Source of the DNA: Candidatus Heimdallarchaeota archaeon
GTDB lineage: Archaea > Asgardarchaeota > Heimdallarchaeia > Heimdallarchaeales > Heimdallarchaeaceae
NCBI GenBank assembly: GCA_018238545.1
Contig: JABCTC010000029.1
Location: 1 to 42,568, forward strand
DNA length: 42,568 nucleotides
Reading direction: 5' to 3'
Shown in pieces: positions 9,489 through 18,487 of this stretch (within the stretch, counting starts at the first letter, position 1; each line of letters begins with the position of its first letter). Position numbers and translations under genes: made by a program. Under the pieces are notes generated by a model. The model was not told the origin of the DNA. It made no database searches and saw only the letters and a list, made by a program, of their open reading frames with translations.

Positions 9489-10586
9489 ATGAATAAATTT
9501 GAAGAACACACTAACGAGGATGAAAATGCTGATTTTTCTGAATCGTTAACAAAAAGCCGAAAGATATGGCTCGCGATGAAAAAAATTCTTCAACATAAAT
9601 TCACCAAGTTATTTCTATTTTTAGGTTCAAACGCCTTGATAATCTCTCTTATAGTTTTTCTGTTTCTGGAATATGATCTCTTTAACCAAGTAAGTAATAT
9701 AAAAATCTCCACTCTAGTAATTTATTGCTCTATTTTTGTGGGTTTAATGATATTGAAATCGTATCGATATACCCTGTTACAAGTAGAAAAATTGAATTTA
9801 GGAAAATCATTTCTTGGTGTATCTCTAGGTTTTCTAATTAATTCTTTATTACCTGGAAGATTAGGTGATGTATCTCGTTTTGTTTATCTAAAAAAATCTT
9901 CTCCAGAGCTTTCCTCTGGTGAAATAATAGGTTCTTTAGTTATTGAAAAAGTCATTGACTTAATATCACTATGTCTTTTTGCTCTAGTACTGGTTCTATT
10001 TTTCGCAATACAGGTTGTCAGTAATGTAATGTGGATCTTCTTAATAGTTGGTTTACTAATGATATTGATTGCTGTAATAATTTTCTTAATAATAAAATAT
10101 CATAAATTCTTTGATAAAATCTTAACCGCATTTATTGCTAAATTTTCGGATAAAATAGATGTGGAAGTGAAACTGTCAGAAACGATAAATGTTTATTTTA
10201 GAACTCTTATCAAATCAAAGAAGAAAGTAATAGTGAATATAGCTTTATCTCTAGTAATTGTTTTCATTGATACTTTCTTAATATATCTCATACTTCATGA
10301 ACTCCTACCACTCCTACCTGTTCATCTGGGCATTCTTACAGGTGCTATTGGATTCTTAGCAGTAGTTTTTCCAATTTTACCTGGTGGATTAGGTACTTAT
10401 CAAGGAAGTATGGTTCTTACTCTTAGTGTTTTTTCGTTTTCTGAAGCACTAACATTCGCCGCAAGTACATCTGAATTTGCAATTAGAACTTCAATTTATA
10501 TATTAATAGGACTTCCAGTATATCTCCTTATTTTCTTACAAAACAGAAGGAAAAAAGAGGAAGCACCTATTGTCACTGAGACTTGA
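9489..10586 (+). CDS. Lysylphosphatidylglycerol synthase TM domain (UPF0104) flippase-like membrane protein
   Basis: NSLLPGRLGDVSR, EKVIDL, PILPGGLGTYQ and about 8 TM helices. Confidence 0.85.
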   Translation: MNKFEEHTNEDENADFSESLTKSRKIWLAMKKILQHKFTKLFLFLGSNALIISLIVFLFLEYDLFNQVSNIKISTLVIYCSIFVGLMILKSYRYTLLQVEKLNLGKSFLGVSLGFLINSLLPGRLGDVSRFVYLKKSSPELSSGEIIGSLVIEKVIDLISLCLFALVLVLFFAIQVVSNVMWIFLIVGLLMILIAVIIFLIIKYHKFFDKILTAFIAKFSDKIDVEVKLSETINVYFRTLIKSKKKVIVNIALSLVIVFIDTFLIYLILHELLPLLPVHLGILTGAIGFLAVVFPILPGGLGTYQGSMVLTLSVFSFSEALTFAASTSEFAIRTSIYILIGLPVYLLIFLQNRRKKEEAPIVTET

Positions 10587-11838
10587 CAAATTGTACAATT
10601 AAATCAACGATTTTTTCTCTTTCTTTTTCTTTTATTCCTGGATGATTACCAAAGAAGAATGCATTCCTCATAATGTCAGAAGATACATCCAATTGGCCTA
10701 CTTTTCTCCACTTAAAATACTGCATTGCAGGTTGTTCGGTCATATTTCCTGCCATTACAGGTCTGGTTTCTACATTGTTTTGTTCTAAGAAGTCTACTAA
10801 ATCTTTTCGTTTGAAAGGAGCATTTTCTTTTACTTTAAGTGGAAAACCAAACCAGGCATGCCTTACATCTTTTTCAACAGAGGGTAATAAGATATGCTCT
10901 TCTACTTCTATCAATGCATCTAGCCAATACTTTGCGTTATCTTCTCGTATCTTTAGAAATTCCTCGAGTTTATCAATTTGATGGATACCAAAAGCTCCCT
11001 GTATCTCTGTAGGACGAAGATTATAACCCTTATTAACAAAAAGAAAGCGTGAATCAAGGTCAGGATTTTTCTTTAATATCTCTGCTCGATCAGATCTTTC
11101 CCTTACCCATCCATGAGCTCTTAATGATTTAGCTATGTCATTGTAAGCATTATCATTTGTAACAACCATTCCACCCTCTATTGTAGATATATGATGAGAA
11201 AAGAAAAAACTATACGAACCCAGATCTCCAAAACTACCTACTTTCTTACCTTTCCACTCTGCTCCATGAGCTTCACAACAATCTTCTATTATAAACAGGT
11301 CATTATCTTCTGCAAAATCTTTGATGTAATCCATATTACATGGATAACCTAACAAATGAACAGGCATGATTGCTTTTGTTCTTTCAGATAAAGCGCTTTC
11401 TAATTGTTCGATATCAATTGTCAAAGTTTCAGGATTTGAATCTACAAAAACAGGCACGGCTTGAATGTCGATTATTGGAAAAACAGTTGTGGACCACGTA
11501 AGTGCAGGTGTAATTATCTCATCACCCGGTTTTATATTATTTTTCAGGATAGGATTAGCTAAAACTTCAAGTGCAATAAGATTAGAGCTTGAACCTGAAT
11601 TCACCATAGTTCCATACTTTACACCCAGATAATTAGCAAATTTTTCTTCAAAGGAATATACTTTCTTTCCCATTGTAACCTGTGTAGATAACAATGATTC
11701 GATAGCTTCAATCACTTCATCTTCATTATACGAAGGAGAGATTAGGCGAATTTTATCTCCCATTTCCAGTGGAGGGTTAGAATGGAAATATTTCTCAACA
11801 ATTTTCCTAATCTCAGTAATAGCATCATCTAAATTCAT
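10573..11838 (-). CDS. colD: GDP-4-keto-6-deoxy-D-mannose 3-dehydratase (ColD-type, DegT/DnrJ PLP fold)
   Basis: VNSGSSSNL, VHLLG, EDCCEAHG. SFFFSHHISTIEGG has His in place of the Schiff-base Lys. Also RAHGW and GYNLRP. The E1/RfbH Fe-S cysteine cluster is absent. Confidence 0.75.
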   Translation of the reverse strand: MNLDDAITEIRKIVEKYFHSNPPLEMGDKIRLISPSYNEDEVIEAIESLLSTQVTMGKKVYSFEEKFANYLGVKYGTMVNSGSSSNLIALEVLANPILKNNIKPGDEIITPALTWSTTVFPIIDIQAVPVFVDSNPETLTIDIEQLESALSERTKAIMPVHLLGYPCNMDYIKDFAEDNDLFIIEDCCEAHGAEWKGKKVGSFGDLGSYSFFFSHHISTIEGGMVVTNDNAYNDIAKSLRAHGWVRERSDRAEILKKNPDLDSRFLFVNKGYNLRPTEIQGAFGIHQIDKLEEFLKIREDNAKYWLDALIEVEEHILLPSVEKDVRHAWFGFPLKVKENAPFKRKDLVDFLEQNNVETRPVMAGNMTEQPAMQYFKWRKVGQLDVSSDIMRNAFFFGNHPGIKEKEREKIVDLIVQFVKSQ

Positions 11839-11847
11839 TCTTTTCTC

Positions 11848-12969
11848 CTACGTTATATTCATGAAAATATCATTAGATAGAAAATAATTCACAATATTTT
11901 CCATAGTTTCTGTTAGAGGATATTGAGGATAATACCCTAGCTCTTTCTTAGCCTTTGAATAGTCACAGATGAGAACATTCACTTCTGCAGGACGGAAACG
12001 ATCTTGATCAATTTGAATCTCAACATCAATGTTGAAGTGTGATGCAGTTAATTTAATCAAATTCTCAATACTTATCCCAAATCCATGACCTAAATTATAT
12101 ACATCTCCTCTCTTACCTTTTGTTAAGGCTAGAAGATAACCTTGAACCATATCTCGTACATCTGTGAAATCTCTTATGGGCTTGGGATTACCAATTGTCA
12201 TTACTTTTTCACCAGTTTTTAATGCTCTGGCAATTTGGCTACCGATGACAGATGTAACAAATTGAAGTCCCCTTTTTGGTCCTGTATGATTGAAACCACG
12301 TGTAACAATAGTAGGTAATCCATATGCTCGATGGTATATAAGACTTAAATGTTCTGTAGCTACTTTACTAACTGCATAGGGAGATTGAGGACGCATTGGA
12401 TTATTTTCGTTTATTGGTATTTCATCAGGATAGACTAAACCATATTCTTCACTACTACAAGCAACTTGTATTCCCTCTAAATCAAACTCATGTTTTCGAA
12501 TTACTTCATATAAATTCAGAGTTCCTTGAATATTAGTTTGTACACACTCAATAGGAGCAGTAAAAGATGTAGGTACAAATGATTGAGCTGCTAAATGAAA
12601 TATATAATGTGGTTCAATCTCCGTGATTGCTTTCTCCATAGAAGGATAATCAAATAAGTTTCCTACTTTTAAAGTAAGATCTTTTACAATATCTCTGATA
12701 TTTGGAAGAATAGGAACGGATTGTCTTCGAACAAATCCGTAAATATCAATATTTTGTTCAAGAGATATTAGCTTCTCAGCAATATGACTACCAACAAATC
12801 CTGAGATTCCTGTTACAAGAATACGCTTATCAGCAAGTTTGCTTGCATCAAATAAATCTTTTTTTTCTTTGCTAAACATTGAATTGTATGTTTCAAGATT
12901 ATCGGGATCAATAAGTACATCTTTATGTTTTTTTTCTAATTCTTCGAATATCTCTTCTTCAGAAACCAT
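11848..12969 (-). CDS. gmd: GDP-mannose 4,6-dehydratase family SDR (Gmd, or the related Rmd reductase)
   Basis: TGISGFVG, HLAAQSFVPTSF, SSEEYG, PQSPYAVSK, FNHTGPKRG, RDFTDVRD, RFRPAEV. The ORF track starts at 13032 (TTG); ATG 12969 is preferred. Confidence 0.7.
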   Translation of the reverse strand: MVSEEEIFEELEKKHKDVLIDPDNLETYNSMFSKEKKDLFDASKLADKRILVTGISGFVGSHIAEKLISLEQNIDIYGFVRRQSVPILPNIRDIVKDLTLKVGNLFDYPSMEKAITEIEPHYIFHLAAQSFVPTSFTAPIECVQTNIQGTLNLYEVIRKHEFDLEGIQVACSSEEYGLVYPDEIPINENNPMRPQSPYAVSKVATEHLSLIYHRAYGLPTIVTRGFNHTGPKRGLQFVTSVIGSQIARALKTGEKVMTIGNPKPIRDFTDVRDMVQGYLLALTKGKRGDVYNLGHGFGISIENLIKLTASHFNIDVEIQIDQDRFRPAEVNVLICDYSKAKKELGYYPQYPLTETMENIVNYFLSNDIFMNIT

Positions 12970-13038
12970 GATATTGAAAATGACGATGAACATATAATTG
13001 TTTTGCTTTGTAAATCCTTTTTTGTAAATCAACTTATT

Positions 13039-15024
13039 TTAATATAATGCAAAAAAGAATATGTTCTTTTCATTTATTGAGGTTATAGTATGATATAGAT
13101 AGAAATTCGTATCAGAAAAGATTGCATCATAGGTATCCTCTGTTAACATGTTTATAGACAAATCATAATCAAGCAAAGCAAAATAACTGCTAGACGTGTT
13201 TTCCATGAAATCAATTAGATAATTTTCGGACGATATTTCATGCAAAACAAATATCTCGCATGTAACATCATGTTTCTCAGCATAGAAGGCAATTGGATTG
13301 GAACCAAATAGCAGTACAATAGAATCTTCTGAAGTATAATTTTCTGCCATAAATAAAGCTATGGAATCAAAAGGAATTCTGGTTTCAATTGAAGCATTAT
13401 CACTTTTGATACCTTCTATTGTAAGCGGAATAGTAAATCCTATTGACATTAACAACCATATAACAGGTAAAAATCGTTTTATTTTTGTTTTGAGTTTTGG
13501 TTTTTTCTTTATAAGAATTCTTGCACTTTTTAGGAACAAATAATCAAATATTTGCATCGAACAAATTAAAACAAAAGGCAATAAAGTTATCATAAATCTA
13601 GGTTCTACAACTTTCCACGAACTTTCTGCGGTATAGATGAGATAAATAATCACAGAATATGTTATGCTGGAGTAAGTCAGATGATCTCTAATAAAAATAA
13701 TCGACAATGGAATTCCAATGATAGTGAATATCCATAGAAAAGACATCAATTGAGGGGCAAGTTTAGCATATTCAATGATATGGCTGCTAAAGAGGTTAGT
13801 AAAACTAAAAACATACTTTCTCCATACAGCTGCATCTGTAAACAACATCCATGTAATTGAAGGAATTAAGGCTAAAACCAAATATCCTCCCCAGATTTTA
13901 ACTTCATCCCACTTCATTTGTTTTGTTTTCCGATATTTATGAATGAAAACAAAAGCCAAATAAATGTACAATGCCCCTAGAGCAAAAATTAAGACTTTTT
14001 TATAAAGAAAACCTGTGAGATAAATGAGTAGAAGTTTGTTCAGTTCTTTAGTATCTGGTTTTGAAATCGCTAGATGAAAATGGTAGATAAAAGCAATTGA
14101 AAAAAATAAGACACCAGTTGCTAGATAATATTGTCCTTCAAAATCGTAAATAGTAGGTAATAAAGGTACTAATACGCTTACAAAAATAGCAAAAAAGTCA
14201 CTTCTATATTTTCTGATTAATTTATACAGATAAATCATACTGAATAAGCTGAAAAGTAATGAAACAAAATGTAACCAGAATTCTGAATATCCAAAAGTTA
14301 TCAGGAAAATTACTCCAATTATTGGATTTAAGGGGCCATATCTAGCAAAAGCGATGTTGATATTTCCTTCAGGAAGCTGAAAGCCTGCTTTTAAGCTTAA
14401 CAGATCAAATAAAACTGCATATGATACAACTAAAATTATTGTAATTACAAAGGTTCCCCAGAGTATTAACTTCTTTCTTCTATCGAAAATCTTCTTTATT
14501 TTTGCTCTTAGATCTTGGTTTCTTTTGACTACAACCACAATGGTAATTATAATAGCAACCAACAAATACAACAATATAGCAAGAACCCATGATGGAAGAA
14601 TCCCCCCTAAAGTAAACATTTTCTCCATAAGTACCACTCTAAAAACATGAAATCCTTCATCACCAAAAATTCTGATTTCACTTATTAATACTGGAAATTT
14701 TATGATTAGAAGAAAAGCACTGTAAAGAAAGAAGCCACCAAATAGAAAATATTTTGATATGTTTTTTCCTTTAATTTCAATATCTAGTTTCTCTAGATCA
14801 TCGATAATTATTTCCTTTTCATTCAACTTATTAGCATATTTCCTGTTCAAATATATTAGAAGCGCTGAAAATGAACAAATCATTCCGATAAGCCCTGCAA
14901 CAACAAGATAATGGACTAATCTTGATGCTGGAATAGAAAGCCAGGCAGGATAAAATATGAAACAAACAATCAATTCAAGAATAGTAATTGAAATGATGGT
15001 AACTTCTTTTTTGTCTATATTCAT
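13039..15024 (-). CDS. GT-C fold membrane glycosyltransferase (ArnT/PMT-like)
   Basis: Many TM helices, acidic FGDEGFH in an early extracellular loop, EPRFMITLLP, and a C-terminal extracellular domain. Confidence 0.6.
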   Translation of the reverse strand: MNIDKKEVTIISITILELIVCFIFYPAWLSIPASRLVHYLVVAGLIGMICSFSALLIYLNRKYANKLNEKEIIIDDLEKLDIEIKGKNISKYFLFGGFFLYSAFLLIIKFPVLISEIRIFGDEGFHVFRVVLMEKMFTLGGILPSWVLAILLYLLVAIIITIVVVVKRNQDLRAKIKKIFDRRKKLILWGTFVITIILVVSYAVLFDLLSLKAGFQLPEGNINIAFARYGPLNPIIGVIFLITFGYSEFWLHFVSLLFSLFSMIYLYKLIRKYRSDFFAIFVSVLVPLLPTIYDFEGQYYLATGVLFFSIAFIYHFHLAISKPDTKELNKLLLIYLTGFLYKKVLIFALGALYIYLAFVFIHKYRKTKQMKWDEVKIWGGYLVLALIPSITWMLFTDAAVWRKYVFSFTNLFSSHIIEYAKLAPQLMSFLWIFTIIGIPLSIIFIRDHLTYSSITYSVIIYLIYTAESSWKVVEPRFMITLLPFVLICSMQIFDYLFLKSARILIKKKPKLKTKIKRFLPVIWLLMSIGFTIPLTIEGIKSDNASIETRIPFDSIALFMAENYTSEDSIVLLFGSNPIAFYAEKHDVTCEIFVLHEISSENYLIDFMENTSSSYFALLDYDLSINMLTEDTYDAIFSDTNFYLYHTITSINEKNIFFFALY

Positions 15025-15044
15025 ATGAACACCAGTTTTTATTT

Positions 15045-16292
15045 TTATTTTGTTTTTAATGTTTTATTTAGTAGATCAGCAAATTTCAAGGCAAGTGTTT
15101 TTCTGTTATATTTAGCTATTTCTTTCTCATCACAGCCATATTCCAACTTGTTGTCTTTCCATAGCTTATACAAATTTTCAAGCCCTTCAGCAATGGCATG
15201 TCTATCCCCTTCTACATGAGTGAATTCTTGCTCAACAGATATACACCAATTGTAGATAGCTTTTTTCTCACCTATAACAAGTATGTGTGAATTTCCTAAA
15301 CCATAATCAAATATCTTCGTTGCAAGATTGTGATCAAGAATTTTTGGGGCAAAAACGTAGTTTATGTGAGACTTCTGAATTTCCTTTATCATTTCCGCTC
15401 CTTCTAGATTACCTAAGTCTTCAAAATATTTTGTTATACTACCAAATTCTAAATCACGTTGTAATGTCGACCTTGACTGTATACCCGCATATCTTAAAGT
15501 TATGTCACTTGGACCTAGTTTATTCTTATCAACCATGATTCTAAATCCTAGAACAAACTCCTTAACTATTTTACTATGGGCCTTACTATAATTTCCAAAG
15601 AAAGATAGGGTAAACTTTTCTTGAATTTTTGGGGCAATTTGCGTTGGTTTATTACTTGCATAGTAGCCATTTGGAATCACAGATATTTCCTTCTCATCAA
15701 TGTTTGTAGCATTGCTGATTAACTTTGCATAGCCATCTCCAACTGTAATAATAAGCTTAGAATAATTAGCAATTTTTCTTTCTAGTCTTCTGTGTCTTTG
15801 CTTTACGATGAATTTTGGAAATCTCAAACCTGTATGAGATGACCATGGATCTCGGTAATCTAAAATTAAAGGAAGATTGTATTTTTTGGCTAATTTATAT
15901 CCTACTACAGCTGAAGTGTATGGGGGAAGAGTTACAAGAACCGCATCAATTTTACCTTCTTGAATTAATTTCTTTCCTATTTTACATGTTCTTCTTATCC
16001 AAGAAAAATAAACATCTGGAAAGAATAAATAATGCTCCAAGTTTAATAATTCTATTAAGCTGAGAATCTTTGTTTTATAACCTATTTCTCTAATTTGTGG
16101 AGCTCTAGAAAGAAAGAAATATTCTTTTCCGAATTTTTGTTCCAATTCTTTTCTCTTTTTTTCAGATGTGTCAGCGGTTAGTAAGGCTATGTCAATATCC
16201 TTTTCAGGAAAATAATTGACCAAACTAGCAGCTCTAAATCCACCAACTGACTTATCAGGAGGAAAGAAGTAGGTTATAAACAGAACTCTCAT
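15045..16292 (-). CDS. GT4 family glycosyltransferase
   Basis: MRVLFITYFFPP..GGFR, LILDYRDPW, VIPNGY, TKIFDY. Confidence 0.85.
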   Translation of the reverse strand: MRVLFITYFFPPDKSVGGFRAASLVNYFPEKDIDIALLTADTSEKKRKELEQKFGKEYFFLSRAPQIREIGYKTKILSLIELLNLEHYLFFPDVYFSWIRRTCKIGKKLIQEGKIDAVLVTLPPYTSAVVGYKLAKKYNLPLILDYRDPWSSHTGLRFPKFIVKQRHRRLERKIANYSKLIITVGDGYAKLISNATNIDEKEISVIPNGYYASNKPTQIAPKIQEKFTLSFFGNYSKAHSKIVKEFVLGFRIMVDKNKLGPSDITLRYAGIQSRSTLQRDLEFGSITKYFEDLGNLEGAEMIKEIQKSHINYVFAPKILDHNLATKIFDYGLGNSHILVIGEKKAIYNWCISVEQEFTHVEGDRHAIAEGLENLYKLWKDNKLEYGCDEKEIAKYNRKTLALKFADLLNKTLKTK

Positions 16293-16394
16293 TCAACTTA
16301 CCTCATAATCTGGAAGTATTTATGTTTTCTCTATTTGTTTTATTTCAAACGTAAGCAATTTAAACAACAAATCTAATTTTCAAAAGACAATAAA

Positions 16395-17192
16395 ATGAAA
16401 TTCGAAAATTACTCTATAATTGAGGCAAAATATTATGGAAAGAAATTTTCAGATTTGCTTAAGAAATTTCCTGAGTTAAACGAGTTTCTTATCTCAAAGG
16501 ATCCCCCAAAATTTGACCTTGGTGATCCTAGAATATTGTCTCTTCTCAACCAATATCTCTACAAAGATATTCTACAATTAAAAGTGACTGTACCTGAAGG
16601 ATATCTTATTCCAGCTTTAGGAATTCGTCATGTTTATTGTGATATAATTGATGACATAACAGAGTCAGAAGAGCCCTTAGTAGAAATTGGAACTGGAGCA
16701 AGTGCAGTTTTAGCTATGATTCTCGCAAAAAAATATAAAAGAAAGATTTTGGCAACTGAAATAAATGAAACTTCAATCAAATCTGCATACAAGAATGTTA
16801 AAGACAATAATCTTTCTGAACTAATTTCAATCTTACAATCTAGAGGAGAAATTCTGACTAATTTACTTCCTGAAGGAAACTATTCAACCCTCTTATGTTA
16901 TCCACCAATCTATGATAATGATCAAACTAAACTTTGGAAGAAAAGAGGATGGAAAGGAGTAGAAAGTGAGATGATTGGAGGGACAACAAATGGAATGGAT
17001 TTTACTTTGAAGCTTCTAGATGAAGCGCTGAATAGTGATGAAGTGAAATTTCGAAATATCACTGTGATGTTCATGAATGAAGAACAGATTAGACAGATCT
17101 TAGCAAAATTCCAAAATAGGTTAAAAAGCAAGATTTTCCAGATAAATGCTGGAACTAGGAAGAGATTTGTTTTATGGATCCAGAATTATTAA
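16395..17192 (+). CDS. RlmF/METTL16-related SAM-dependent methyltransferase
   Basis: VPEGYLIP...R, EIGTGASA (motif I), ATEIN, AYKNV, CYPPIY (variant motif IV), EMIGG. Confidence 0.75.
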   Translation: MKFENYSIIEAKYYGKKFSDLLKKFPELNEFLISKDPPKFDLGDPRILSLLNQYLYKDILQLKVTVPEGYLIPALGIRHVYCDIIDDITESEEPLVEIGTGASAVLAMILAKKYKRKILATEINETSIKSAYKNVKDNNLSELISILQSRGEILTNLLPEGNYSTLLCYPPIYDNDQTKLWKKRGWKGVESEMIGGTTNGMDFTLKLLDEALNSDEVKFRNITVMFMNEEQIRQILAKFQNRLKSKIFQINAGTRKRFVLWIQNY

Positions 17193-18477
17193 CTGAAACA
17201 TTTTGTTTGTTAAAAAATAAGAAGTAAAAAATGTATAACAAAGATGTTAGATAGAAGAGACCTATCGACAACCAACACATCACTTCCAGATAGAGGAATT
17301 TTTGAGTGTCAGCTAGAAGATAATCTGTTGCTTCCCCTAACGTTGTACCCAAGATATAGTAGATTAGAAAAGACCATTTTATCTTTCTCTCAGCAAACAC
17401 ATATATGGATGTAAAAGGTATTATCATTGCAAAATACGAAACTTGGATTTTGGGGTAAATAACAAAAAATATTATCAAAAATACTACAGTTTTGTGATAC
17501 TTCCATTCACTCTTTTTCAGAAAGAAGAAAAGACCTGCTAACAGGATTAGACTCATTGTAACAATCTGAATAATTAGATTATACTCGTTAATGTCTGAAT
17601 TAACGAAATTCTGTATTAAAGTTAACAAACCTTGGTTTCTTGGTGAAACTATAGGGTTTTTGAATTGGTTGATAAAAGCTTCAGGGGCGATAAGATAGAA
17701 GGGGAGGGATACAGCTGTTAGCCCTATGAGGAACAACAAGGTTTGCATGCTTCTCTCCTTCCAATTTTTTGAATAAATCCATATTAAAGGAGCTAGCAAA
17801 ATTGGAAAATACTTGAATCCAGTACCAAGAACAATACTGAGAGTTGCTAAAGAATTGTTTCCCTTTTCGTACAAATAAACTGGCAGTAGTATAAGTAACG
17901 GCAGCAGGCATTCGTCAGATCCCCAGAAAGAAAAAAGGTAAAGGAAAAAAGGGTTTAAGATGTAGAGAAGAGAGATTCTAAGAGCATTCTTATTGTTCCT
18001 ATTATGTTCTAATCTATAGAGTAAAAGAGCTGATATTATCAGGCAAAAAGCAAAAAATATTCTGAACATGTATGAACTCAACATCATGCTTTCATTCAAG
18101 AAATAATTGTCGCTAGTCACGAACTCTGTTGAATAATCACCTGTTATAAACATTGAAAGAAACACTATAGGAGCCCAAAGATACGGACTCAAAGATGCAG
18201 CATCAACAGAAACATCTCTGTATGGAAGGAGACCATCTATAATTGTTACCCCCCTATTAAAAAAAATTATTTGGTCAGAAATGATTATTTCATATCCTGT
18301 ATTCAAATAAGTGGTATAAATATAGAAGGCCAGAAGAATAATGGAATATACAGCTGTTGATACAAGAATAATCTTGAATTCATCGCTAATTTTTGGACTA
18401 TTTTTCCGCTTACAGCTGTTATTTCTCATTTTACACCCACTTTTTGTTTTGAGGGAAAAACTATTATCAGATAACAA
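17155..18477 (-). CDS. GT87 / PIG-M-like GT-C membrane glycosyltransferase
   Basis: SDxxIF, GLLPYRD, LYILNPF, WGSDE, GFKYFPILL; multi-TM. Possible true start is ATG 18429. Confidence 0.65.
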   Translation of the reverse strand: MLSDNSFSLKTKSGCKMRNNSCKRKNSPKISDEFKIILVSTAVYSIILLAFYIYTTYLNTGYEIIISDQIIFFNRGVTIIDGLLPYRDVSVDAASLSPYLWAPIVFLSMFITGDYSTEFVTSDNYFLNESMMLSSYMFRIFFAFCLIISALLLYRLEHNRNNKNALRISLLYILNPFFLYLFSFWGSDECLLPLLILLPVYLYEKGNNSLATLSIVLGTGFKYFPILLAPLIWIYSKNWKERSMQTLLFLIGLTAVSLPFYLIAPEAFINQFKNPIVSPRNQGLLTLIQNFVNSDINEYNLIIQIVTMSLILLAGLFFFLKKSEWKYHKTVVFLIIFFVIYPKIQVSYFAMIIPFTSIYVFAERKIKWSFLIYYILGTTLGEATDYLLADTQKFLYLEVMCWLSIGLFYLTSLLYIFYFLFFNKQNVSVNNSGSIKQISS

Positions 18478-18487
18478 TCTTACATAA

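Noticed and set aside
10573-11838. Ordinary DegT/perosamine aminotransferase, or CDP-sugar E1 (RfbH)
   Set aside because: The catalytic Lys is replaced by His, the E1 Fe-S cysteine motif is absent, and the neighbours are GDP-sugar enzymes.
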